In this document: piece after piece, positions 11,501 to 22,900 of the stretch
Layout: each line of letters starts with the position of its first letter
Numbering within the stretch: the first letter of the stretch is position 1
Translations under genes and position numbers: made by a program
Notes under the pieces: model-generated
Databases searched by the model: none
The model's input: only the letters and a program-made list of their open reading frames with translations
What the model was told of the DNA's origin: nothing
Origin: Amoebophrya sp. A120
Lineage: Eukaryota > Protista > Dinoflagellata
DNA length: 33,225 nt
Assembly: GCA_905178155.1 (NCBI GenBank)
Contig: CAJINV010000002.1
Location: 1,571,738 to 1,604,962, forward strand
Direction: 5' to 3'

Positions 11501-14118
11501 AAATAGCCACCGGCCGCAGGAAAATAACCGAAAACGGTAGGAGCACAGCCCTCGGACTCTGTTCGCATATCGAGAAATAGCCGCCGCAGGAAAAAAGCCG
11601 AAACGGTGGGGAACAGCCCCCGGACTCTGTTCGCACATAGTGAGGGAGCCACCGCGGACGCTCTCCCGCTTCGAATCCCAGCAAGGTCAGGGCGTTAAAT
11701 CACACGCGCCACCGTTCTGCAGCTTCCCCCGCGCAAAATGTGCAGCGGGCCACGATCTTCAACCGCGAGCGATCCACCAAAAAAAAATCCCTCGCTCCGC
11801 AAATTTCATCACAACTCGCGTCAAAAAACATTGCCAACAAGAAACCCGCCCCCGACTTAAATGCTACCCAGATCGCGCGCCTTTTTGCCTAAGTGTCAAC
11901 GTTCGCCGTCAATCAAATCCACTCAGAACCCGACTCAGGGCCCGCCCCTTCTAGTTCTGCTTTCTCCCCCCCGGTGCTCTCGATTTCGCTTCGGGATACA
12001 GATTCCTTTCCCCTGGCTAGTACTAAAGGTGAATAAGAAGAGGCGTACTGCAATACACAGCCAAGCATGGCAAATTGTTGGGCTGCTATGTGATGTTGCG
12101 TTTTCCGCATTTGGCAAACTGCGTTTTTGCATGACATCAAGTAAGCGGACCTCTTCATGCCCCTGCATGATCACAGAGTGTTGAACTTGAATCATGCCAG
12201 ATATGCATGACAAATCTAGAGATCTTCCAGACCCAAACATAATTGCGATGAATACCCTGTCTTGCTCGGCGAAACTCCTTCTTCCACCGCTTTGTCCTGC
12301 TTCTTCCGAAGCTTCAGGGTCGGCTCACCCCGACAACGATGAAAGAACTTGCGTCCGTCATCGTCCTTCTTCATCAATGTTCTGTGAAGAATGCAGTTCG
12401 CACCTTCAAATTCGAAACCCCTGAAGGCGAATTTCGCATAACCATCCGGCGTTCTTAGATCGTCTGCTGGCCCCATCGACAATACATGGTGGCTCACCGG
12501 AGCAGCTTCTTCCGGTCGGACCGCGCTGTCCTCTTCTTCTTCGCCCGAATCAATACTTCCCTCCTCGCCGCAACACCCGGGGAGAGAGTCGCTCCCGTCG
12601 CCGTCGCCAGCGAACCCGTTCTTCATCGCGGCCTCGCGCTCTTTCCCGAGTGGAATCCAGTAGCTTTCCTGAATCACGGGCAGCTCCTATCATTTGTAAA
12701 AACGTACCCACACCAGAGTTGTCATGCAGATTTGCAATGACAGGAACATTTGTAATGCGCATCGCCAGGAGAGGCATTTTTAGTCGTGTTTTGGAATTTG
12801 TAATGCTGTAAACAGGATGAGCAGATGGATTTCTGATGCAGCTGGCCTTGCGAACCTGCACTACACTACGGACTGCAACTTGTGATGNTAATGCTGTAAA
12901 CAGGATGAGCAGATGGATTTCTGATGCAGCTGGCCTTGCGAACCTGCACTACACTACGGACTGCAACTTGTGATGCGTGACCCCCAAAAGTTCTAGGTTT
13001 GTGTTGCAAAATCCCCATCTTGACTCTGGTGTGGGGATGTTTTTACTCAGGATAGCTCCTGCCCCCCAGCACCGTCCGCATCTTGCTCCGAAGGGTCGTA
13101 AGTCGGTCCAGTATCAAAAGGAAAAATGCCCCCTCCCCATATCGAAACGAAGTCTCTGACGCTGGATTTCCGCACACAAATGGGATTTGTCTTGCAGTAG
13201 AGGACTGCAGGCATATGGCAAGCCTGAGCTGAGGGGTTTTGGCATAGGCGCCGAGCATGAAAAAAGTCTTCGCTGTACGCCGAGCAGCATCACAAACCGC
13301 CTGCATAATGTGGCGGACGCTCTGGGCTTGCCCTCTCTCAAGACAGACAGGATTTGTGGTCACAAATCTGCATCGCAAATTTTCAGACGGATGCGCTTTC
13401 AATATGGGGAGGGGGGGTTTTTCCTCGCAATATCCAGCAGTGCTGCTACCGGTTGATGTAGAAGAAGTACTGTTGCTACCAATCAGTAGTTATCAAGGGC
13501 AAATATGTCTGGGGCTGGAAGCTTACAAGATCTGTCATGGAGGTCTCGCATGGCACAGAAGGTCTGGAATGCGAGCTGTAGCATCACAAGTATTATTGAG
13601 AAGGCCTTCCAGTTCCAATGCGTATTCTGCATGAGAAACGTCATCTTCGGGTGCCCAAAAGTGGACGGCTTGTGCTGCTTGCGCAATACAGATTTTTGTA
13701 AGTATCGTCCAGACGTAGCATGACAAACTCTGACTCTTCCAGAGGACCCAGACATATTTGCATTCGATAGTACTTTTTTGTCCCGTAGAAGTTCTTCTTG
13801 CCGTTGTAGTTGCAGGGCAGCACCAGTCTGCAGCTTTTGTTTCTTTCCTGCTCGAGAAGTTGTAGACGAAGCTCTTGCCTGGCCGGTTTTGTGTTCTTGT
13901 TTGTTGTTCACCTTGATCTGCAGTGCGACAGCGAAAAACGATTGCGACGAAAACTGCGGCGCGCACGACAGCACGCCCAACTTGGCCATCCTTCCCAGCC
14001 GACTCGCCCCTGCTGGCAGATTTTTGGTCAACATCTTGGTGCCGGCGCGGGCGCGGCGACCACGTTGGGTGGCCCGAAAGGTTGCAAGATTTTTCTGCTG
14101 GAGGTGCAGCTGCGCCAT
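5562..14118 (-). CDS. Hypothetical protein, ~513 aa, 6 exons; ends in a (GTGVGG)n Gly-rich tail
   Basis: ATG at 14118. Exons with one DR retained: 14118-13770, 13485-13433, 13106-13055, 12682-12255, 6446-6089, 5863-5562. Span 8557 minus 7015 excised = 1542 nt (514 codons). Junctions read RDKKV/LIGSNS, STAG/PTYDPS, GGQE/LPVIQE, SPSKTG/WGGHDK, SYVC/DERSAG. No family recognised; start and stop are not transcript-verified. Confidence 0.8.
5578..5755. repeat. 18-bp tandem repeat CCAGTTCCACCTCCAACT (~9-10 copies), coding GTGVGG on the minus strand
   Basis: Direct inspection; frame fixed by excision of 5869-6088. Confidence 0.9.
5869..6088. mobile_element. Introner, singleton family J (non-canonical intron)
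   Basis: CACAC|TATCGCAAGGGA...TTTTTCTCGCGATA|CACAC; excising 225 nt keeps the frame. Confidence 0.82.
6545..8500. repeat. Pyrimidine-rich degenerate minisatellite (TTTTCCCGGTTTC) with GGAAACCGGGAATC blocks
   Basis: Direct inspection; interrupted by unique sequence at ~6975-7340. Confidence 0.9.
8924..9081. repeat. 28-bp tandem repeat ACCCTTACCCGAAACCACTC..., ~5-6 copies
   Basis: Direct inspection. Confidence 0.85.
10720..11660. repeat. Degenerate ~60-bp unit array (CTGTTCGCACATAGAGAA...GCCGCCGC) with ~180-bp higher-order period
   Basis: Direct inspection; related units at 9715-9840. Confidence 0.85.
12688..13054. mobile_element. Introner, family C
   Basis: DR GCTCC; TATCATTTGTAAAAACGTACCCACACC...GGTGTGGGGATGTTTTTACTCAGGATA; contains an 87-bp duplication around the N at 12888. 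Confidence 0.9.
13112..13432. mobile_element. Introner, family A
   Basis: DR TCCAG; TIR with CCCCCTCCCCATAT; frame restored. Confidence 0.9.
13491..13769. mobile_element. Introner, family B
   Basis: DR GTAGT/GTACT; TIR TATC..GCAAATATGTCTGGG; frame restored. Confidence 0.88.
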
Positions 14119-15054
14119 TTTTCAACACCCGCGCAGGGTCTAGTTCCTTGTACTTGGGCTCCTTCTAAAGACGAAATTGAAAACTACTTCGACGTATAAT
14201 AATTCTTGCGAAAAGTAGAGCGGGAGTGTTGAGCAAAAGTATGTTTGAGTAAAGCAAGTAGTTGGATTTAAAATCTGCTCGTGCTTGAAAAAAAAAACGA
14301 CAGGCGTCGAGAAGGTTGATGTTTTTAATCTTTCCGGTCTTCCAGGAAGACAGAAAAATTCCTGATTTTAGGTAAAGAAGTGAGCTCCTTTGACATAGTC
14401 TCGAGAGGGCTGTAGCACTGTACAGCATAGCAATTTCACACGAACGAAAAAGTATATGTATCAGACGACCACGACAGTACGACATCAGTCGACATTGCTG
14501 TAGCTTTTCGCAGCTGCACGAGTAGTTCTTGTCTACTTTTTTCACAGCGGAACGTCGACGCGGATGGAAAAAAATCCGTTGCCTGCTAGCGAGACATGTT
14601 GTATGACGTCGGAGGGCCACGAGTCGACAAAATTGAAGGTCCTTCTTTTTTTAAGGAAAAGCCCATTAGTAGAGCACGACTTCGAGCTGGACGACAAAAC
14701 ACGACCACGACCGGTTCGGCACAACCAAGAGGTTCACCAGCACGAAGAACATCTCGCTTGTTATTGTTTCTCTTTCTGGACAAATGTACGCGCCGGAACG
14801 ACATCACGCGTTGAAGCAAACAGCTACAGATTTCTACTAAGTAGGTACGAAGAGTCGCAAAATTGTTTTCATCTTCACGCTATGGTACTAGTTTCAACAG
14901 CAGTAGTTCCACGATTGTTCTTCTCACCCTTTAGTTATTTCAATTGAGAACAGCTGCGAGTGCGACGCAATGGACTTCGCTAGCATGATAACATGACGTT
15001 TCCAATAAGTCAGGTCTTGAAAAAAACCTCGCTGCACTTATTTTCAGAGAACTT

Positions 15055-16021
15055 GTATGTATGTATATGATCCGCTCTTGTTTCAAACAGATGCGGCGCT
15101 CGCTCTTTGACCAGGCTATACTTGCGATGATCCGTCTGACAGCACGGCTGTGGGAGCAGGACGTGCGAAAACCCTTCAACGCGACACACGGCCTCAAGTC
15201 GTGGAAGCTGAAGGGGAGCAACGTGCATGAAGGGAAATGGGCGCGCTGTGCTGCCCTGCTTCGAGCACTGGCTCCTTATAGCAGCATTATTCAGAGGGTG
15301 CACACCGGGCGCACTAACACAGAATAATTACGCTACGTGCGTAGGGAGGTGCGCTTCCAGAGCGGCTCCACGGACATCCGGCTATTGCCGGACGGGCAGA
15401 ATGTAGGGCGCAAGCTGTGGCGGTTGGGGCTCACGCAGGCGGAGCCTCCGCCGCCTCTTGCGCCGCCTCCCGGGAACGGTTTTCCGGCCCCGCCAGGGGG
15501 GTAAGGGTGCCAGCCCAGGCTTTCCAGAATAGCGCAGGCCCCACCGTTTTCGCCAGTCTTCGGCAAGTGCCGCCGGCTGCGTGCTGCGCACTACGTGAGG
15601 CAGTAGGGCGTACGACGGTGCGCCTCCACCAATACGGCACAAGGCCGCCGGGAGGGCACGCCATGCCGGGCCTCCTTGCACACGACGCGGCAACACACTA
15701 AAGTGCCCGCCTCGGACTGGTCGGGCGCGGTGTGGCGCTGTGCCGCTCAGGTTAAGCACGCGGACGGCCCTCCGCCGTCTCACTCGCCAGGAGCATAGTA
15801 CAGGGCGCACCAGCTTCCAGAGCTGGGCTCGTCCTCAAGAAGAGAACACCCACCAGGGGCGAGGGGGCGCGCGCTGGATTGCGGGCGCCGCCCTACATTA
15901 CTCACCAGGAGCAGCGGCGTGCTGCCGCTTAGTTTGCGAGACTTGATGCGTCTGCCTCAGGTAGGTAGCGCATCTGGGCGCCAGGCCCTTATCACGACTT
16001 CCCTTCCCTCCAGGGGCGGGA
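15055..16021 (-). mobile_element. ~970-bp GC-rich insertion with a 15-bp DR and a short (ATAC)n tail; possibly a 5'-truncated non-LTR retroelement
   Basis: ATTTTCAGAGAACTT at 15040-15054 and 16022-16036; GTATGTATGTAT directly inside the left repeat; GC content rises relative to the flanks; no RT motif recognised. Confidence 0.55.
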
Positions 16022-16351
16022 ATTTTCAGAGAACTTCAACAAATACAAATGGAGAGGGTTTTTCCTGCATGATTATCCTTTGACAGATCAAAAAAAAACG
16101 CACAGCGCTGACGAGCCACGAAAGAATATTGCTCATCACGTAAATTTCCTCGAGGTATGGCCGAGCAGGCCCTGTAGAAGTTTATCCTCTTGCGTCCGCA
16201 AGGTCTCATGACCGCTTGGATTTTTGGAAAAAAATATCTCCTTGGTATTGTTCGTTTGAAAGGAGAGAGCTGAATATGTATTGCTGCTGCTAGTGCGAGC
16301 AACACTACTTGAAAAATAAAAAGAAAAACCAACATTCGGCCACATCTAATA

Positions 16352-16735
16352 AATAAAATGCAGTAAAAGCGAGTTTGTTTGACGTCGAGAGCAAGATGAC
16401 GCACCAGCGCCGGGATACTACTTTCCCATAAGTTTTTGAATAAAATCAAGTAAAAGCGAGTTTGTTTGACGTCGAGAGCAAGATGACGCACCAGTATCCA
16501 AGAAAAAAACATTGTAGGTGTAACTTTTTTGGAGGAACAGCATTACAAATTTGTCTGGCATGACAGCAAAAACCTGTCATGCGCAGATAGTACGTGAAAG
16601 CGCCCTTTCATGGACCCTGCGACGCATGCCAAGCATGACAGACGCAATCATCTTGCATGTTGAGCATCACAAATTTACACTAACAACGTTTTCTTGGATA
16701 ACCAGCGTCGGGATACTACTTTCACATAAATTTTT
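16352..16735. repeat. ~88-bp tandem duplication; second copy carries the family-H element
   Basis: AGTAAAAGCGAGTTTGTTTGACGTCGAGAGCAAGATGACGCACCAG...CGGGATACTACTTTC present twice. Confidence 0.9.
16495..16700. mobile_element. Introner-type element, family H (downstream of the 16934 stop)
   Basis: ACCAG|TATCCAAGAAAA...TTTTCTTGGATA|ACCAG; inverted relative of 28468-28676; empty-site paralog at ~16352-16440. Confidence 0.92.
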
Positions 16736-16933
16736 CAAAAACAGCACGATCTTAACATTTGAGTTAGGGCGCTTTGGCCTCTTTTTCTTGAAGAACGACC
16801 CAACAAGAGTGATTCTCGTACATTTTTCACAGCAAAGAAGAATACGACTTTTAGAAAAAAAGGCGTAATACTTTCAAAAAAAATACCGGCACGGGCAGCG
16901 CCTCGGCCCAAACCTGCGCTTCTTTCCCCCTCG

Positions 16934-19900
16934 TCACAACCCCGGCATCAATATCCTGAGTAAAAACGTACCCACACCATAGTCAAGATGGGGAATCGGC
17001 TAGACAAATCCACAAGTTTTGGCTGTTTTGCATGACAAATTTGGATTCGTAGTGTAGTGCTGTTTGAGCTAGCTCAGCAGCATCACAGATCTAGCTTACC
17101 ATGCTGATTCGAGCATGACAAATTGCAAAACACGACTAGCAAATGCTTCTCATGGGGCTCCGCATGAGAAACATTTTCAGCATGCAGATTTGCATGACAA
17201 CTCTGGGGTGGGGACGTTTTTAAATAGGATAATCAAAACTTCGTCGTCATCGTCCATATCTCCCGTTGACAAAATCTCCTCTTCGATCTCATCGTCCTCA
17301 AAATCATCCTCATAGTCCCCTCCCGGACTCATTGCCGGCTCGACACCTCCATCTAGTTCTGCTGCAGTGGATATCCTGTGCAAAAGTATCGTACTCGTAG
17401 CAATTGCACTTCTGCATTACAAATCTTTTTCCTAAGGTCAATCAGCATTACAAATTCCATTTCTCATGCTGAGGACGAGATTTGTATTGCGATTTCTACT
17501 AGTACGATACTTTTGCAGTGCATAGTGGAAACAGGAACGTTGCTCACATTCACGGTGACCAGCTTGCTGTTGCCAGTTGGTTCGGTCGACGTGGTTTCAG
17601 CTCCACCAGGAGCCGTTTCTTTCATCCCGTTCGACGCTTCCTGCTTTTTACTCTCTTTCTCAAGCAAATCATATGGATTGCAAAAGTATCGTACTCGTAT
17701 AAATGCATTACAAATTAGCCCAGCATTGCAAATTAAATTTGTAATGCTGTTTTGCCTTGAGAAAGAGATTTGTAATGCATAAATGCAATTACTACGAGTA
17801 CGATACTTTTGCACAGGATAAATCAAATTCCGCGACGAAAGTCTTTGTTTGTTCCCCACTACTATGAAATGCAAAAATGTCTGGGTCTGGAAACTTGTAA
17901 TGCTAAAAGTGAATGATAGACGCGCCGCAATACGCAGCTACGCATGAAAAATTTTGTGGCTGCCATGTCTTACGTATTCCGCATGGCAAACTGCCTTTTC
18001 GCATGACAGTTAAGAGGGCTCTTTCATGCCTACGCAACACAGATTCTCGACTCATGCCAGACAAGCATGACAAACTTGCATTCTTCCAGACCCAGACATT
18101 TTTGCATTTGATAACGACTAGTACCCGACCCTGTCGGCGAGGGCTTTCTACTGCTCGTGGCGCTACTGTTGCTTTTTTCCTTCTCCGCATTGGAGGACGA
18201 CTTGGATATGAAATCATTCAAATCCATGGACTTTGACAGGCTGTTCTCATCTATCCTGATTAAACACGTCCCGCCCACACCAGAGTCAAGACGGGAAACC
18301 TGCTAGACAAATCAACCCGCTTTGGTTGTTTGGCATGACAAGTTTCGATCCTTGTAGCGTAGTCCTGTTTTAGGTAGGTCAGCACGCAGCATCACAGATC
18401 TAGCATAGCATGCTAGTCCTACCATTACAAATTCCCAAACACAACTAGAAAATGCTTCTCATAGGGCTCCGCATGAAAAACTTTTTTGGCATGCAGAACT
18501 GCATGACAACTCCGGGGAGGTGGGGATGTTTTTACAAAGGATATCATCCAGCATGTCCTCGTCGAATCTGTTCAACGATTCCAGCACGTCATTCAGGATC
18601 TTCTCGCTTTTGTTACTTCTCAGCGAATATGCATGGCAAATATGTCTGGGTCTGGAAGAGTGCGAGATTTGTCATGCTAGTCTGGCATGTTGACACTGAG
18701 CTGTGTATTGCGTGGCCAGCAAGAGCTCCTCTTGTCTATCATGCAAGAACCCTGTTTGTCATGCGGAATATGCAACATGGAGCCACGGAAAAATCTGTCA
18801 TGCATGGCGGTGCATTACAGCGTGGCTTCTATTCACTGACATGCATCACAGGTCGTTTCCAGACCCAGACATATTTGCAGTTGATAGCGACGTGAGCAAC
18901 TTGTCCGCCGCGGGGTTTTCGACTTTATTTTTCCCAAAAGACTTCGTGAAAGAACTCGTTTCATCTTGAGACTTCATGATTTTCACCGCCTCGTCGTCTT
19001 TCTCGTCGGCATTCTTCATCTTCTCAACAGGCTTAGAAGTACTACAAGAACCCACTGCAGTAGTACCACCTGCATTCTTCATCGCGCCAACTATCCCGAC
19101 CGCGGAAGAAGAACTAGCGGAGCTGGAAAATTCGTCCACCGCGTCAAAGTCCGCTAGTTGCACGTCGTCATCCAAATGGACTCGCGCGACAGAGTCCCGG
19201 AGACTGGTTTCATCTTCTTCTACCGCGGAAATTTTTACCGGATCGACATCGAGGTCTTGTTCTTTCTCATGCGGTTTTATTTTAACATCTTCCATCACAA
19301 CCGGATCATCATCGTCGTCAAAAAACTCGTTCGTACCGGACGACATTCCGGCTCTGCTCATTTGCAAAGAACTCGCAATCAGGGGATTCATCACTTCGGA
19401 TTTGTCATGATTGTTGGCAGTTTTGTAATCAACATCATGCGAAGTAGCTGTTACCGCGCCAGCTGTACCCTGCATCCGGTTCTGCGAGGAGATAATTACG
19501 CGATTGGGAGAATCGGCGAAGAACTCCACGTGGTCTGGGACTTTATCTTCTTCCTCTGCTGCACCTCCAAAGGCTTGATCCTTTTCTCCTCCGACCGCAG
19601 GATCTACTTCTTTGAAATCTATTTTCCCCAACTGCTCTTCTTATCAAATGCAAAAATGTCTGGGTCTGGAAGAGTGTGAACTTGTCATGCAGGTTTTCCA
19701 TGACCCTTGAGGTCTGGAATGCGGGACCTAGCATGACAGAGTCTGTGAGGTCTCTTTCATGCCTATTCTGCATGAGAAACTGCCTCTAAACTTGTTCAAA
19801 AGTGGCCCTCTTTTGGTAATCATGCAACACAGATTTTTGCATGATTCGGATTTAGCACGACAAGTTGCAATCTTCCAGACCCAGACATTTTTGCAATTGA

Positions 19901-22900
19901 TACTTCTAGACTATCGTTCAATTCCATCTCGTCGTTGTCCATTTCCGGGGAATATGAATTGCAAATATGTCTGCTTCTGGAAACTTGCAATGCTAAAAGT
20001 GAATGATAGACGCACTGCAGCACGCAGCTATGCATGACAAATTTTTTTGCTGCCATGTCTTACGTATTCCGCATGGCAAACTGCGTGCTTGCATGACAGG
20101 CAAGAGGACCTTTTCGCGCCTATGCAACACAGATTCTCGAGTCATGCCAGAAAAGCATGACAAACTTGCATTCTGCCAGACCCAGACACTTTTACATTTG
20201 ATAGAGAATCATGGTGCTGTCCTCGTCGGGCATGCGGTGGAAACAGGTTCAAATCATCGGCTTCATCCACTTTATTCCCATCCTCTTTTTCATCATCTTC
20301 GCTAAACCCTAAGTCCTGCGGCGAAAAACTGTTGCTGATTTTGAAGCGGTCTGGAGATTTTTTCTTCTTACTATTGTTCTCGCCGGTTGTGCGGTGCGGC
20401 AGAAAGAACTTGGAGTTGGAAGATGAATTAGTACTGCTTTTGCTAGTGCTGTTGTCCTCTTTCGTGTACGAAGGATCCGGTTTGCTGGCACCGCTGCTAC
20501 CTCCTTTGTTGTTCATCGTCATGCTCACTACACTGTCCTCACCAAGAAAAACGTCCTCCACAAGATCATCGTCGTCAAAATCGTTTGCGATGATAGCCGC
20601 TGCACCACCGCCGTTTATTGTTCCGGCAGAGGCACTATGCGGAACATCGGCGTTCATTTTCTCCTCTCCTGGATCCGCAAGACAGCCCCGGCGCATCCGC
20701 AATTTTACCGAATTGTTTTCCGAGTCATCGTGCTCTGGATTATTTGGAGACGCCTTCACACTGTTCACCCCAGATACTTCGGAGACAGACACGGTCGAGA
20801 AATTATCCTTGAACGTGTCCGCCTCCTCCCTGGATAAAAACCGATTTTCTCCCAACTCCTGCGGCTGCGCACGGGGGAAAGAAGAGGAAACCGCTGCGGC
20901 TGCAGCTCCTCGAGTCGTGTAAGAGCCCCCTTGTTGTCCACCAGCTGCGGGTATCAACTGCAAAAATGCCTGGGTCTGGAAGAATGCGCGACTTGTCATG
21001 CAGCTTTTCCATGACCCATGAGGTCTGGAATGCACAGACACCTAGCATGACAGGTTCTGTGCGATCTCTCTCATGCCTATCCTGTCGATGAGAAACTCCC
21101 TCCCGACTTGGTCAAGACTGGACGACTTTTGGTAGTCATGCAACACAGATTTTTGCATGCTTCAGATTTAGCATGACAAGTTGCATTCTTCCAGACATCC
21201 AGGGATTTTTACATTTCATAGCGGTTCCCAACAAGGGTCCCTCGTTCGAAAACGACATGGTGCCGGATGCAGTGCAAATTGGAAGGATGCAACTTGTGAT
21301 GCTGCATTCGGATACTACAAAAATCTGTATTGCATCAACAGCAAAAGAGGTCCATTTTTTGCCACGCCGAGAGGGCATTTCTCATGCGGTATAGGCATCA
21401 GGAAGCCCTCTCAAAATCTGAGATGCTATGGCATGCATCACAGACATCAGGAGTCATGCAAAATGTGCATGGCAAACCTTGCATCCTTCCAGACGTCCAG
21501 GGACTTTTGCATTTGATATCCCCGCTGCGGCTCCCATTTTGCCGGAGATAGTTAACGGAGAGGACGTATCAAATGCAAAAGTGTCTGGGTCTGGCAGGAG
21601 ACTCATGCTGTTTTTGCATGACGCAGAAGGTCTGGCGTGGAAGCTCTAGCATCACAAGTTTCGAGAAGCTTCCGCAATGCCGAATCCGCATGACAAATGT
21701 CGCCCCATTTTTGTGACAGAAAGTGGGCAGCTTTTGCTACCTATGCATGACAGATTTTTCTGTGTTCTGAAATGCGCATCACAAGTTTGTCTTCTTCCAG
21801 ACCCAGCCATATTTGCAATCCATAGGACGTTTTCGCTTTCAATGGTGGACTGGATTCCCTCGGCCCGTGGCGGAACTTGTAGTTTTGATGTGCTGTCTGC
21901 TGGTTTTGATTAAAGCCGCTTATCCTCAGTAAAAACGTCCCCACACGCCCAGAGTCAAGTTGGAATCTCCGCAACACAAATTGAAAAGTCTTGGAAATCA
22001 CGCATGACAAGTTTCTCGCTGTATTGTAGTGCTGGTTATGACAAAGGCAGCCGCATGAGAAAGCCGTCCCCTTATCCTGTTTGCAGCATTGCAAATGCCA
22101 AAACACGATTGTAAATGTAATACCTCTCTTGGGGATGCGCATTACAAGTGTGCCTGTCATTGCAATTCTGCATGACAACTCTGGGCGGGTGGGGACGTTT
22201 TTACTCAGGATACCGCTGTTGCTTTCCTTGCTCGTGTTGGACAAAAATTGCTCCGCAACCGATGGTATGAAATGCAAAAATGTCTGGGTCTGGAAGATTG
22301 CCAGGTTTGTCATGCACAGGCTGCATAACCCATGATGCCTGTAATGCACGACCTAGCATCACAGATTTCGAAAGGGCCTTCTGATGCGTATTCCGCATGA
22401 GAAACGCCCACTCCGCGTAGCACAAACTAAACTCCTTTTGCTGGTCATGCAATACAGATTTTTTTTACCTTCCAAAGACAGCATCACAAGTTGCTTTGTT
22501 CCAGACCCAGACATTTTTGCATTTGATAGATGGAAGTTTTTCCTGGTCGAAAGAGGTAGAAAACGCATTCACGTTCTGGTGCGGAAATGCATTGCCATTG
22601 CCCCCACGACCACCTCCGGGCACAACAACTGTGTCCCCCATCGGCGATAACTTCTTCGTGGGATTGTACCCGTGCAGGTGCGCCTCCTGCAACACCTCCC
22701 CCGCAACTGGGGAGACGACTGAACAAGTCTGGTGCTGGCTGGTATTGCTGTAGTTCAGGAAGTTAGACGACTCATTCAGCATCTGCATCTGGTTGCTCAA
22801 GACGCTCGTACTGCTATGTACTACGTCGAATTTCGCCATGCCCGCAACAGCCGCCCCGGAAGTAGATGAGCTCAAATTATTGCTCCCGTATCCTATGTAA

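Larger units (their letters stand above)
6495..12020. mobile_element. Nested repeat-rich, non-autonomous insertion of unknown class
   Basis: Interrupts a family-B introner. TACTAA lies on both sides (6489-6494, 12021-12026), the insert ends in CTAG, and it has a weak subterminal inverted match TGGCCGGGGAAA / TTTCCCCTGGCTA. Boundaries are approximate. Confidence 0.6.
6452..12254. mobile_element. Giant family-B introner (5.8 kb) split by a nested ~5.5-kb insertion
   Basis: CCCTG|TATGCCTTGCAAATATCGATCTGGGTCTGGAA (6452) ... TTCCAGACCCAAACATAATTGCGATGAATA|CCCTG (12254). The two halves total ~271 bp, a normal family-B size, and the junction is in frame. Confidence 0.85.

Noticed and set aside
12013-12255. 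Canonical GT-AG intron ending the gene at 11913 (an introner that lost a TIR)
   Set aside because: It is in frame, but the missing TIR and matching DR CCCTG are found at 6447-6482 and lead into a longer, protein-like exon; at most an alternative isoform
12801-12975. 87-bp internal tandem duplication in a family-C element
   Set aside because: Identical copies are joined by an N, and removal gives the normal ~280-bp size; probably a scaffolding artefact
14165-15030. Short ORFs upstream of the 14118 start
   Set aside because: No coherent frame or recognisable motif; treated as intergenic
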